Part shown: positions 15,413 to 24,909 of the stretch, piece after piece
Layout: every line of letters begins with the position of its first letter
Numbering within the stretch: the stretch's first letter is position 1
Source of the DNA: Candidatus Methylomirabilis oxygeniifera
GTDB taxonomy: Bacteria > Methylomirabilota > Methylomirabilia > Methylomirabilales > Methylomirabilaceae
Assembly (NCBI GenBank): GCA_000091165.1
Contig: FP565575.1
Span: 2,130,001-2,162,000 of the forward strand
Direction of reading: 5' to 3'
Length of the DNA stretch: 32,000 nucleotides
Made by a program: the position numbers and the translations under genes
Notes under the pieces: model-generated
The model's database searches: none
What the model was told of the DNA's origin: nothing
Seen by the model: the letters and a program-made list of their open reading frames with translations, nothing else

Positions 15413-16282
15413 TCAAGCGGGTGGCGGCCCTTCCAGGCCTGCCGCCGCGAAAGGAGAGATACAGAACCCTACGACATCCTCGCCTCCGTCTATCCCGATT
15501 ACGTTACCCGTCATCCAGTAGGTCTCCGGACGGCTCAAGACAACGAGGGCTGCGGCAATGTCCTCCGGCGTAGTCAGGCGGCCGGAAGGATTAATCTTTT
15601 GCGCGGTCTGTATGATCTCATGGTTGCCGGGAATCTTCCGGAGCGCCGGGGTATCGGTCACTCCTGCGCGTATCGCGTTCGCCGTGATCCCCAGGGGGGC
15701 CAGTTCCATCGCAAGTTGCCGAATGTGAGACTCCAGGGATGCCTTGGCCGCCGATACGGCCCCATAGCCTGACCAGACTCGCGTTCCGCCGGAGCTGGTC
15801 ATCGCGTACACCCGCCCACCGCGAACCATCAACTGTCGCATCACCAGATCCTGAACCCAATAGATGAGACTATGAGCCATGACATCCAGCGTCATATCCA
15901 TCTGGGCTTGGGTGATGGCGTCCTTGGGCGAAGGGGCGAGAAACGGCTTCAGGGTCCCGAAGGCGAGGGAGTGCAGCACCACCTTCACCGACGAGGGCTC
16001 CCCCCGATCGGCCAGTATCTTCTCTGCCTGATCCAGGACCTCGCGCCGCTTCTCCGGATCGGAGGCGTTGACATTGAAGAAAATCGCTTCCCGCCCCGTC
16101 TGCTTGATCCCGGTCACGATTCGCTCGACATTCGGCATGGTTGCCTTACGGTCCAGGTGTACGCCGAAGATATGCATTCCTGCTTCAGCCAGGGCAAGCG
16201 AGGCGGCCCCGCCAAAGCCGCTGGAGGCTCCCAGGATCAGGGCCCACCCCTGTAGCTCCGGACTCTGCGATAGTCTTGTCAT
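15413..16282 (-). CDS. SDR-family oxidoreductase, enoyl-ACP-reductase-like (Y-x6-K)
   Basis: 289 aa. Rossmann N-terminus ALILGASSGFGGAASLALAEAG and catalytic SGYGAVSAAK (Tyr-x6-Lys, as in FabI/FabL-type enzymes). Its start overlaps the stop of the upstream SnoaL-like gene by 4 nt. Confidence 0.8.
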   Translation of the reverse strand: MTRLSQSPELQGWALILGASSGFGGAASLALAEAGMHIFGVHLDRKATMPNVERIVTGIKQTGREAIFFNVNASDPEKRREVLDQAEKILADRGEPSSVKVVLHSLAFGTLKPFLAPSPKDAITQAQMDMTLDVMAHSLIYWVQDLVMRQLMVRGGRVYAMTSSGGTRVWSGYGAVSAAKASLESHIRQLAMELAPLGITANAIRAGVTDTPALRKIPGNHEIIQTAQKINPSGRLTTPEDIAAALVVLSRPETYWMTGNVIGIDGGEDVVGFCISPFAAAGLEGPPPA

Positions 16283-16758
16283 ACACTCCTCTGCGCGGCC
16301 GCGCTCGGCTTAAGCTGGTCAGAATAGGATGAGGACCCATATCCGCTCGCAGCCAGCACTCCTAGCTGGTGCATGAGCCCCAGGAAGTCATGCTGCGCCC
16401 ATCGCTCTACGATCTTCCCGTCCTGGAACCGGTAGATCACAATACCGGTCATCTCCAATCGCTTCCCGGTCGGCGGGATACCGAACAGTTCGCCTGTATG
16501 CAGTCCGGCTGCGGTCATTCGGACCACCACCAGGTCTCCCTCGGCAATCAGATCGTGGATAATAGGGTTGCCCTCCGGTGCCGCGGACGCAAACGTCCTG
16601 AACGTCTGCTTGATCGCTTCAAGTCCGGGCTTAAGACCGGGAATCGGCGGTGGATCGTGGTAGACAAGATCCGGGGAAAAAAACTCATCCATCGCCGAGA
16701 ATTTGAACCCTTCGGCGTAAAGGCGACGCACCACACGCTTGTTGTCTTCCGTCGACAT
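16279..16758 (-). CDS. SnoaL-like / predicted ester cyclase (NTF2-fold) protein
   Basis: 159 aa. NKRVVRRLYAEGF ... FSPDLVYHDP ... GKIVERWAQHDFLGLMHQLG is typical of the ester-cyclase branch of the SnoaL family. Confidence 0.75.
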   Translation of the reverse strand: MSTEDNKRVVRRLYAEGFKFSAMDEFFSPDLVYHDPPPIPGLKPGLEAIKQTFRTFASAAPEGNPIIHDLIAEGDLVVVRMTAAGLHTGELFGIPPTGKRLEMTGIVIYRFQDGKIVERWAQHDFLGLMHQLGVLAASGYGSSSYSDQLKPSAAAQRSV

Positions 16759-16901
16759 CTGATACCTCCTACATCGCTATTACATGCGCAGGGCTACGCA
16801 CCGCACCTATCCTGAGCCCGATCAGTCATTGTAGGTCGATTGTCAGTCAAGCAGAAAGTGTTTGGCAGGTCAAGCAATAAATATAGTTTGGGGGCCATGC
16901 G

Positions 16902-16930
16902 TTGACAACATGGATGCAGAAAGTTATGAT
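16902..16930 (+). promoter_or_regulatory. near-consensus sigma70 promoter for the ABM gene
   Basis: TTGACA (16902-16907), a 17-nt spacer, then TATGAT (16925-16930). Confidence 0.5.
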
Positions 16931-16980
16931 GGAGTCCGTGTGATTGACACAACGTGAACCGTCCTGCAGTGGAGGAAACG

Positions 16981-17289
16981 ATGATTGTCGTAGCAAACAG
17001 GGTACCTGTCACAAAAGGGTATGAACGGGAGTTTGAGAAGCGGTTCGACCACCGCTTGAGCGTCGTAGAACGCATGCCGGGATTTATCCGAAACGAGATC
17101 CTGCGGCCTATCCAGGGTGATTACTATATCCTCATGACCCATTGGGAGAGTCAAGAGACGTTTGAGGCCTGGACTCAGAGTGAAGAGTTCAAGCAGGTCC
17201 ACGCCAGCATGGCGCCTAAGGAGATGTGCCCCGGTCCCAACGGCTTCGAGATACACGAGGTCATCCTGGTGTCGGAGAAGAGGCCGTAA
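16981..17289 (+). CDS. antibiotic-biosynthesis-monooxygenase (ABM) domain protein, IsdG/HmoB-like
   Basis: MIVVANRVPVTKGYEREFEKRF ... PGFIRNEILRP ... YILMTHWESQETFEAWTQSEEF is an ABM ferredoxin-like fold signature. ATG 16981 follows GGAGGAAACG; the track start GTG 16954 is less likely. Confidence 0.8.
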   Translation: MIVVANRVPVTKGYEREFEKRFDHRLSVVERMPGFIRNEILRPIQGDYYILMTHWESQETFEAWTQSEEFKQVHASMAPKEMCPGPNGFEIHEVILVSEKRP

Positions 17290-17317
17290 GAGAGGGTGTA
17301 GGCGAGAGAGGGCTGGG

Positions 17318-19099
17318 TTAAGCCAGCGGTTGGTACTGCAACTCATAGAGTCGGCTGTAGATCCCGCCGTGAGCCAACAGTTCCTGGTGAGTCCCCTCTT
17401 CCCGAATCCGTCCTTTGTGCAGAACAATAATCCGATCCACAAATTGGATGGTCGAGAGACGGTGGGCAATGATCAGGGCGGTCCGCCCCAGCAGCAGCGT
17501 TTTTAAGGCATCCTGGATCAGCAACTCCGTGGCGGTGTCTACCGAACTGGTGGCTTCGTCCAGGATCAGGATCGGTCGGTCAAAAGCCAGGGCCCTGGCA
17601 AAAGAGAGGAGCTGACGTTCGCCTTGAGACAGCGTCGAGCCGCGCTCCTCTACTACGGCGCGGAAGCCCTCCGGCAACCGTTCGATAAAGTCGTGGGCGT
17701 GAACGCGCCGCGCCGCTTCGGCAATCCGTTCCTCAGAGACGGCGGGATCGCCAAGGCTGATATTGCGGGCGATATCTCCGGAAAACAAAAAGACGTCTTG
17801 TAGCACCAGACCTAGCTGTTGCCGTAACGTTCGCTTATCCCATTCCCGCACGTCAATCCCATCAATCCTGATGCTGCCGCGTTCCACATCGTAAAAGCGG
17901 CAGAGCGCCGAGATGATCGAGGTCTTTCCGGCGCCGGTGGCGCCGACTAAGGCCACTTTTTCACCGGGGGCCACCCGAAACGAGATCTCTCTGAGGACCG
18001 GTTCGCCGGCTGTGTAGGAAAGCCAGACGTCTTTGAACTCGATCTCGCCCCGCAGGCGAACGGGATGGGTGGGGACAGCAGGTTCTACCAGCGACTCATG
18101 TACATCCAGCAGTTTGAATACCCGTTCGCTGGACGCCATCGCGGCCTGCAGGATGTTGTACTTTTCCGCCAGGTCCCGGATAGGCGTGAAGAGACGATGT
18201 ACGTACTGGACAAAGGCGACAACGACACCGGGGAGGACCCGCTCGTCGAGGATCATGGCGCCGCCCGCCCAGAGCACCAAGCCGACAGAGATGGCGCTGA
18301 ACAGCTCAATGGATGGAAAGAAGACGGCGTTGTACTGGATACTCTTGAGCAGCGCGTCCCGATGCTGGGTATTGATCTCTTTAAATCGATTGAAGTGACG
18401 CGCTTCCTGACCGAAGGTCTGGACCGTAGCCATCCCGGAGATGCTCTCCTGGAGGTAGGCATTCATCCGGGCCAGAATTCGTCGGCTGTCGCGATAGGTG
18501 TCGCGCGCTCGTTTGCGATAGGCGGTTGTTGCGCGCAGCATGAACGGGAAGGTAATAAATGAGATCAACGCCAGGCGCCAATCCAACGCCAACATGGCCA
18601 CCGCCACCCCCACCAGCGTCAGCAGGTCGCCCAACAGCGCAATGACTCCCGATCCGAATAGCTCGTTCAGAGTCTCTATATCGTTGATGACCCTGGTCAT
18701 CAGTCGGCCGACCGGATTCTTATCAAAGAAGGCGAGGCCCTGTCGTTGCAGGTGAGTAAAGACCTGCGTCCTGAGGTCATGCATGGCCCGTTGGCCGGTA
18801 GACTGCATGGTATAGCTCTGAGCGTACTGGGATACGAATCCGACCAGTACGGTAATCAGGTAGGCCAGGACCGCAACGTTCAGACCGTGCAGGTCGCGCG
18901 CCGCGATGTAGGTATCGATAGCAACCTTGGTAATATACGGCCCGAGCAGTTGCATCCCTGTGGTCAGGAACAGGAGCAGGAGAGAGGCCACTACCCACAA
19001 CCGATATGGCGCGACGTACCTGAGTAATTGCCGTATCAGTCGGCCATCGTAGGCCTTACCCAGCAGTTCCTCATCCTGATGACCCTGCGCTTCCTTCAC
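17318..19099 (-). CDS. ABC transporter, fused permease/ATP-binding subunit (MdlB/MsbA-type exporter)
   Basis: 593 aa with six TM helices and an NBD. Walker A GATGAGKTS, signature LSQGERQ, Walker B ILILDEATS. Confidence 0.95.
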   Translation of the reverse strand: MKEAQGHQDEELLGKAYDGRLIRQLLRYVAPYRLWVVASLLLLFLTTGMQLLGPYITKVAIDTYIAARDLHGLNVAVLAYLITVLVGFVSQYAQSYTMQSTGQRAMHDLRTQVFTHLQRQGLAFFDKNPVGRLMTRVINDIETLNELFGSGVIALLGDLLTLVGVAVAMLALDWRLALISFITFPFMLRATTAYRKRARDTYRDSRRILARMNAYLQESISGMATVQTFGQEARHFNRFKEINTQHRDALLKSIQYNAVFFPSIELFSAISVGLVLWAGGAMILDERVLPGVVVAFVQYVHRLFTPIRDLAEKYNILQAAMASSERVFKLLDVHESLVEPAVPTHPVRLRGEIEFKDVWLSYTAGEPVLREISFRVAPGEKVALVGATGAGKTSIISALCRFYDVERGSIRIDGIDVREWDKRTLRQQLGLVLQDVFLFSGDIARNISLGDPAVSEERIAEAARRVHAHDFIERLPEGFRAVVEERGSTLSQGERQLLSFARALAFDRPILILDEATSSVDTATELLIQDALKTLLLGRTALIIAHRLSTIQFVDRIIVLHKGRIREEGTHQELLAHGGIYSRLYELQYQPLA

Positions 19100-20871
19100 G
19101 ACCTCGCCCCTCCATTATCGCTCAGGGCATCGAGTTCCCGGGTCAGCAACTGTCGACGATACAGGCGATAGTAGTAACCCCGTAAAGCCAGCAACTCTTC
19201 GTGACTACCCCGCTCCACAATTCGACCGTCCTTCAGGTACACGATCTGATCGGCCTCCATGACCGTCGAGATCCGATGGGAAATCAGGATGGCGGTCCGC
19301 CCGCGCATGAATCCTTTTAACTGCTCAAGGATCCGCTCCTCGGTCTCGATGTCCACGCTGGAGAAGGCATCGTCCAGAATCAGGATGGGCGGATTCTTAA
19401 TGATGGCGCGGGCCAAGGCGGTCCGTTGTTTCTGGCCGCCGGATAGCCTGACCCCCCGTTCACCGAGCAGGGTATCAAACTGATGCGTAAATTCCTGGAT
19501 GCTGGATGTCAGTTGGGCGAGATCGGCGGCCGTCTCCAGATCCTCCGATGTCGCGCCTCCATTACCGAACAGGATGTTATCCCGGATCGTCTCGGAGAAC
19601 AGAAAGATGTCCTGAGAGACAAAGCCGATGGCTTGCTTCAGGGTCTGTAAGGGCAGCTCACACAGCTCGATACCGTCGATAAAGATGGTTCCGGGCGGCG
19701 GCTCGTACAGGCGAGGCAGAAGACTCACCAGCGTGGTCTTGCCGGCGCCGGTCTCGCCGACTACCCCACACCAGGTGCCGGCCGGGATTGTGAGGGTAAT
19801 ACCTTGCAGGGTGAGCGGCGCATCAGGGGTATAGCGGAAGAAGAGATTGCGCAACTCGATCTCGCCGCGCACCTCTGAGACCTGGACGGTCCCAGGCACC
19901 TGATACCCGGCAGCCACCGGCGTATCCAGGATCTCCAGAAGGCGGGCCAGCGCGGCCGAGCCCCGCTGGTAGAGATTGATCACATATCCGATCGCCAGCA
20001 TAGGCCAGGTCAGCATGCCAAGATAGCCGTAGAAACCGACTAGTTCTCCGAGCGACATCGTTCCCATGGCAACCTTTCGCCCCCCGAGCCATAAGACGAT
20101 CGTGGCAGCCAGGCCAGACAGGACGGTCATCACCGGTGTCACATACCCCCAGCGTTTGACCAGATCGAGATTAAGGGCCCGATATTCCCGGCTCAAGTCA
20201 TCGAAATGCCGCTGCTGATTCTCCTCCTGCACATAGGCCTGGACGACGCGGACACCGGCCAGGTTTTCCTGGACAAATGTGCTGAGGGTGCTGAGATGCC
20301 GCTGGACGTCCCGATACCGGTCGAAGATGCGGTTGCCGATGAGGAGCACGAGGATGGTGATGCTGGGCAGGGGCAAAAGGCTCCACAGCGTCAGCCACGG
20401 ATCGATGACCACCATCAGCAGCAGGCTGGTCGCGATCGTGAAGGCGGCATCAATGACGGCCATGACCCCCATTCCCAACATCTCGCGGAAGGAGACCATG
20501 TCGTTAGTCAGCCGCGACATCAGGTCGCCGGTTTTGGTGTGGGTGAAGTAACTGAGCGGCAGGCGCTGCAGGTGAGCGACGATCGCGTTTCTGAAATCCC
20601 ACTCGATGTGCCGCGAGAACCCGAACAGGTGAGTCCGCCAGAAGTAGCGGAAGATGACCTGTACGCCGGCAGCCAGCACAATCAGCGCCGGATACTTCCA
20701 GAGCGTCACCGTCCGTTCCGAACCGGCGAGATAGGTGTCCAGGGCATCCTTGGTCAGCCACGGGATGGCTAGCCCGCCCACGTCGGTCACGATCAGCGCC
20801 GCGAGGCCGATGAACAAATAGCGCCGCTGCCGGTACAGGTACGGCCGTATGCGTCCGAACTTCTCGAAAAT
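19096..20871 (-). CDS. ABC transporter, fused permease/ATP-binding subunit (MdlA-type partner); probable non-canonical ATT start
   Basis: Walker A GETGAGKTT, signature LSGGQKQ, Walker B ILILDDAFS. The stop overlaps the partner start. The track start TTG 20817 truncates the conserved N-terminus (IFEKFGRIRPYLYRQRRY). The only RBS-backed start is ATT 20871 (GGAGG + 6 nt). Confidence 0.85.
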   Translation of the reverse strand: MFEKFGRIRPYLYRQRRYLFIGLAALIVTDVGGLAIPWLTKDALDTYLAGSERTVTLWKYPALIVLAAGVQVIFRYFWRTHLFGFSRHIEWDFRNAIVAHLQRLPLSYFTHTKTGDLMSRLTNDMVSFREMLGMGVMAVIDAAFTIATSLLLMVVIDPWLTLWSLLPLPSITILVLLIGNRIFDRYRDVQRHLSTLSTFVQENLAGVRVVQAYVQEENQQRHFDDLSREYRALNLDLVKRWGYVTPVMTVLSGLAATIVLWLGGRKVAMGTMSLGELVGFYGYLGMLTWPMLAIGYVINLYQRGSAALARLLEILDTPVAAGYQVPGTVQVSEVRGEIELRNLFFRYTPDAPLTLQGITLTIPAGTWCGVVGETGAGKTTLVSLLPRLYEPPPGTIFIDGIELCELPLQTLKQAIGFVSQDIFLFSETIRDNILFGNGGATSEDLETAADLAQLTSSIQEFTHQFDTLLGERGVRLSGGQKQRTALARAIIKNPPILILDDAFSSVDIETEERILEQLKGFMRGRTAILISHRISTVMEADQIVYLKDGRIVERGSHEELLALRGYYYRLYRRQLLTRELDALSDNGGARS

Positions 20872-20921
20872 CTTACGCCTCCGTATGTAGATGTAAAGGG
20901 ATCAGATCGGTCAATGACATG

Positions 20922-20949
20922 ATTGTACGTCAGTCCACGCCCCTTGCAA
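20922..20949 (-). promoter_or_regulatory. sigma70-like promoter for the ABC exporter operon
   Basis: Minus strand reads TTGCAA (20949-20944), a 16-nt spacer, then TACAAT (20927-20922). Confidence 0.45.
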
Positions 20950-21081
20950 AGGGCTTGTCGGGTTTCGGCAATCAAGGAGGGGTATTGCGGTGATGCAGTT
21001 GTAAGGCGGTGGCGGCGCGTGTAGCCTAGTTCGCCATGCTTCCCTTCAAGTCCACAAGAACTCTCGAATTTCGATAATCTG

Positions 21082-21384
21082 TTAGACGCTTTCGATATCC
21101 TCAGGAGCGCTCGGACGTTGCGCTCCATGCCATACGCCGACAATCCAAACCACCTTTCCCTTAGCACGATAGAAAAAACGATACGGCGCCACCACGACTT
21201 CACGTTGAGGAAGCTCTGGAAACTCCTGAATCACCCGGCCTGATTCCGGGAATTGGATCAGTCGAGTTAAGACTGTCTCCGCGCGTCGGCGGAACCGCAA
21301 TGCGGCCTCGGGTTTGTCGCGGCGGATATAGGCGAGAGCGGAAAGAAATTGAGTCCGCGCGGACGGGGTGAAGAGAATTTTCAC
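21082..21384 (-). CDS. parE: type II toxin, ParE/RelE family
   Basis: 100 aa. (GTG)KILFTPSARTQFLSALAYIRRDKPEAALRF ... YRFFYRAKGKVVWIVGVWHGAQ is the ParE/RelE fold signature. It lies 3 nt downstream of the antitoxin gene. Confidence 0.85.
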   Translation of the reverse strand: MKILFTPSARTQFLSALAYIRRDKPEAALRFRRRAETVLTRLIQFPESGRVIQEFPELPQREVVVAPYRFFYRAKGKVVWIVGVWHGAQRPSAPEDIESV

Positions 21385-21387
21385 CGA

Positions 21388-21663
21388 TCACTCTTCTGCT
21401 AATAATCGATCGGCCTCCGCCATCACGGTCTCCAGGTCGTACCCCTTCCCGGCAGCGATCTCCTTGTCCCCTTGTGCGAGAAGGCGAAGAAGCTGCCGAT
21501 CGTGCTCCGCCTTTTCGTAGGCGTCTGTGCTCATCATCACGGCTGCAGCCCGACCGCGTTGAGTGATGATGACCGGCTCTTTCCTGCCCTTGACGCGCTT
21601 GAGTACGCCCGCTGCGTCCTGACGCAGGTCAGTAATCGGAATGATATCCGGCACCTTGCCCAT
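21388..21663 (-). CDS. type II antitoxin, Phd/YefM family
   Basis: MGKVPDIIPITDLRQDAAGVLKRVKGRKEPVIITQRGRAAAVMMSTDAYE. ATG 21663 follows GGAGG + 8 nt; the track start GTG 21672 lies inside the RBS. Confidence 0.85.
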   Translation of the reverse strand: MGKVPDIIPITDLRQDAAGVLKRVKGRKEPVIITQRGRAAAVMMSTDAYEKAEHDRQLLRLLAQGDKEIAAGKGYDLETVMAEADRLLAEE

Positions 21664-21748
21664 TAGTCTCACCTCCTACGATACGTGTAAATGTATCATG
21701 GGTATCCTGTCGCAGCAAGGCGCTCAACAGTTTTTGACAGTTTTTGGA

Positions 21749-22804
21749 TTAATTCCAGACGCCGGGGATGGGGGTATGGCAGGTTGGGCAGGCGCCTGTT
21801 TCGAGGACGTTCTTGAAAATCGTATAGCCGCGGCGCTCGATCAGCAGGGTGCGGCAGGAGGGGCAGTAGGTGTTCTCGTAATGGCCGACACGGCCCGGCA
21901 GATTACCGACATAGACGTAATGCAGCCCGGACTGCTTACCGATCTCGGCTGCCCGGAACAGGGTGGCGGCACCCGTATTGGCATGGTCCAGCATCTTGTA
22001 GTCCTGGTGGAAGGCCGTCACATGCCACGGCAGATCGGCAGAAACGGACGCCAGGAACTCGGCGATCCGGGTCAGCTCTTTGTCGGAATCGTTAAATCCC
22101 GGCACAACGAGCGTCACGATTTCAACCCAGAACCGCTTCTCGACCAGCAGCGTGATCGTATCCAGGACGTTCTGGAGCACCCCGCCCAGCTTCCGGTAAT
22201 TGGCGTTGTTAAACCCCTTCAGGTCCACCTTATACAGGTCCACCCAGGGCTTCAGATAATCGAGTACCTCCGGCGTGCCGTTCCCGTTGCTGATATAGGC
22301 GGTCTTGAAGCCGCGCGCTTTGGCTACGCGGAAGATCTCAACCGCCCACTCGCTGGTGATCAACGGCTCATTGTAGGTGCTGGCGACCATCGGCGCACCA
22401 TACCGCTTCGCCATGTTCATGAGTTCGTCGGCCGTCACCAGCTCTGGTGGACTCACTGCGGCGGGATCGCGCAACGCCTGCGACGTGATCCAGTTCAAGC
22501 AGTACCCGCAGTGGAAGTCGCATCCCAGCATCCCGAAGCTTAAGACAAGCGATCCCGGAAGGGCGTGGAAGAATGGCTTCTTCTCGATCGGATCGACCTG
22601 CAGCGCCCCGACGTAACCAGTCGGAACCTTCAGGACACCCCCCTTGTTGAACCGGACCCGGCAGACCCCCTGGCGTCCTTCCGGAATCAGGCACCGGTGG
22701 CCGCACGCATAGCACCGCACCCGCTGATTGGGGAGCTTCTCGTATAACTCCCCCTCCTTGGTGAGTTGCGTCAACACCTCTGCCAGAGTCATTATGGCCG
22801 GCAT
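21749..22804 (-). CDS. amrS: AmmeMemoRadiSam-system radical SAM enzyme
   Basis: RVRCYACGHRCLIPEGRQGVCRVR ..., CDFHCGYCLNW (CxxxCxxC) and a C-terminal CPSC...CPTC pair match this PflA-like family. The start may be ATG 22804 or TTG 22825. Confidence 0.85.
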   Translation of the reverse strand: MPAIMTLAEVLTQLTKEGELYEKLPNQRVRCYACGHRCLIPEGRQGVCRVRFNKGGVLKVPTGYVGALQVDPIEKKPFFHALPGSLVLSFGMLGCDFHCGYCLNWITSQALRDPAAVSPPELVTADELMNMAKRYGAPMVASTYNEPLITSEWAVEIFRVAKARGFKTAYISNGNGTPEVLDYLKPWVDLYKVDLKGFNNANYRKLGGVLQNVLDTITLLVEKRFWVEIVTLVVPGFNDSDKELTRIAEFLASVSADLPWHVTAFHQDYKMLDHANTGAATLFRAAEIGKQSGLHYVYVGNLPGRVGHYENTYCPSCRTLLIERRGYTIFKNVLETGACPTCHTPIPGVWN

Positions 22805-22999
22805 GGCAATCCCTTCATGGAGCAATCGCTAGGCAACTCAACCTTCAATGACAATATAGCGCTCCGCCAGGCCTCCTACAAGCTGCAGCTCTTCCCGGTT
22901 TATCGCCTGTGGACAAAGAGCCGTTTTTCTGATCGCATCCGAGGATTCATTGACACCTCGGATCGCCTCGTTATAGAGTGCATCTACTTGTGAGCGGGC

Positions 23000-24775
23000 G
23001 TGATAATGATCGATGCCACGGAAGTCGTCGATGATCGTACGGGCGAGACGGTCCTGGAGGTCCCCCTCCGGGGTCGGCTGTTGCTGGACTGCTCCCTGTT
23101 CAACAAGGGAACGGCCTTTTCCGAACAGGAGCGGTGCGACTTCGGCTTGGTCGGCCTGCTGCCGTCCCACGTCAGCACCTTGGAGGGGCAGGCGACGCGG
23201 AGGTATGAGGAGTACCTGAAGAAGACGACGGCGCTGGAGCGTTTTCTCTTCCTCCGCGCCCTGCAGGACCGGAACGAAACGCTTTTTTACCGCCTGCTGC
23301 ACGACCACCTTACCGAAATGCTGCCGATCATCTACACCCCGGAGGTGGGAGAAGTCTGCCAGCGCTACAGCCATATTTACCACCGGTCTCGCGGACTGTT
23401 CATCTCCTACCCACAACGGCACGAGATCGACACCATTCTGGAAAACCGGCCGTATCGCCAGGTTGACGTCATCGTCGTGACTGATGGCGAGCGCATCCTC
23501 GGGCTCGGCGATCAGGGCGTGGGCGGAATCGGCATTTCGGTCGGGAAGTTGGCCCTGTACACCGTGTGCGGCGGGGTGAACCCAGGCCGGACGCTGCCCA
23601 TCGTGCTCGATGTGGGGACGAACAACCCGGAGAGGCTGGCGGACCCGCAGTACATCGGCTGGCAGCATGAACGCGTGCGCGGGCCGGACTACGACGCCTT
23701 CGTGGACGAGTTCGTGCAGGCTGTGCAGCGGCACCTGCCCGGCGTGCTGCTGCAGTGGGAAGACTTTGGAAAGGATCATGCCCGCACGCTACGAGACCGC
23801 TACCGCGACCGGCTTTGCAGTTTCAACGACGACATCCAGGGAACCGCGGCGGTGACCCTCGCAGCCCTGCTGGCAGGGGGGCGGGCCACCGGCTGTCCTC
23901 TGGTCAGCCAGCGCATCGTCATCTTGGGTCCCGGCTCGGCCGGAACAGGCATCAGCGATCTGCTGGTGGCAGCGCTGGTCCATGAAGGGTTATCCGAGGA
24001 TGAGGCCCGATCGCGGCTCTGGCTGGTGGGGCGCCACGGTCTGCTGCACACAGGGATGCGCGATCTCAACCCGGCTCAGCAGCGGTACCGCCAGCCGCTG
24101 GAGCGGCTCGCCGGCTGGGAGCGCGGGCCGGCCGGAGAGATTCCCCTGGCCGAGGTGGTGCGTCGCGTGCGACCGACAGCGCTGATCGGCGTGACCGGCC
24201 AGCCCGGCCTCTTCACCGAAGACGTGATCCGGACCCTGGCCCGGCAGGTTGAGCGCCCCATCCTCATGCCGCTCTCCAACCCGACGGCCCAGTGTGAAGC
24301 TTCGCCGGCAGACCTCGTGGCCTGGTCCGAGGGGAGGGCGCTGGTGGCAACCGGCAGCCCCTTCCCGGATGTCGCGTACCAGGGGCGCACCATCCCGATC
24401 AGCCAGTGTAACAACGCCTACGTCTTCCCCGGATTGGGCCTGGGTGTGATCGCTTCGGGGTCCCGGCGGGTCACGGACGAGATGTTCCTGGCGGCCGCCC
24501 AGGTCCTGAGCGACAGCGTGCCCCCACAGACGGGGCTCGACGCGCCCCTCCTGCCGCCGCTTGCAGAGATCCGCGCCCTCTCGCGTCGCATCGCGCTGGC
24601 CGTCGGACTCGAAGCCCAGCGCCAGGGGCTCGCCCCGCGAACCTCGCTCCAGGAATGGGAGCACCTGCTGGACGCCAGACAGTGGGAGCCGCGTTATCGC
24701 CCCATGCGTCCCCAACGTCGCCCGGCGGACCGACTCGGATTGCATCCGGAGAGCGGTTCGACTGGAGTGGAATAG
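23000..24775 (+). CDS. maeA: NAD(P)-dependent malic enzyme (oxaloacetate-decarboxylating)
   Basis: 591 aa. RGRLLLDCSLFNKGTAFSEQER, VVTDGERILGLGDQG, NDDIQGTAAV and ILGPGSAGTGI are malic-enzyme signatures. The C-terminus extends about 17 aa past the conserved W.P.YR end. Confidence 0.95.
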   Translation: MIMIDATEVVDDRTGETVLEVPLRGRLLLDCSLFNKGTAFSEQERCDFGLVGLLPSHVSTLEGQATRRYEEYLKKTTALERFLFLRALQDRNETLFYRLLHDHLTEMLPIIYTPEVGEVCQRYSHIYHRSRGLFISYPQRHEIDTILENRPYRQVDVIVVTDGERILGLGDQGVGGIGISVGKLALYTVCGGVNPGRTLPIVLDVGTNNPERLADPQYIGWQHERVRGPDYDAFVDEFVQAVQRHLPGVLLQWEDFGKDHARTLRDRYRDRLCSFNDDIQGTAAVTLAALLAGGRATGCPLVSQRIVILGPGSAGTGISDLLVAALVHEGLSEDEARSRLWLVGRHGLLHTGMRDLNPAQQRYRQPLERLAGWERGPAGEIPLAEVVRRVRPTALIGVTGQPGLFTEDVIRTLARQVERPILMPLSNPTAQCEASPADLVAWSEGRALVATGSPFPDVAYQGRTIPISQCNNAYVFPGLGLGVIASGSRRVTDEMFLAAAQVLSDSVPPQTGLDAPLLPPLAEIRALSRRIALAVGLEAQRQGLAPRTSLQEWEHLLDARQWEPRYRPMRPQRRPADRLGLHPESGSTGVE

Positions 24776-24909
24776 GCTGACACATGTGCAGCGTTTGCCG
24801 TCGTTCGCCTTCATACAAATTTCTTGTTAAGTGTCCGAAAAGGTTATAGAGTTTTGGGCAGCTTCAAGAACGACTGGTCGAGGTAGACTGATCAGCATGC
24901 ATAATAGTT

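Noticed and set aside
20206-20772. 188-aa plus-strand ORF (with others at 18033-18562 and 19259-19834)
   Set aside because: These ORFs are antisense to the ABC exporter genes and have Asp/Glu/His/Arg-rich shadow composition.
20793-21203. 136-aa minus-strand ORF spanning the ABC promoter region and the 3' part of parE
   Set aside because: It overlaps parE in another frame and runs through the predicted promoter and the conserved ABC N-terminus frame. It has no motifs.
21641-22543. 300-aa plus-strand ORF
   Set aside because: It is antisense to the radical SAM gene and the Phd start, with no motifs. This is a shadow ORF.
22838-23779. 313-aa ORF on the minus strand
   Set aside because: It lies entirely antisense to the well-supported malic enzyme gene. 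The sequence is Arg/Gln/His-rich and low-complexity with no motifs, a typical high-GC shadow ORF.
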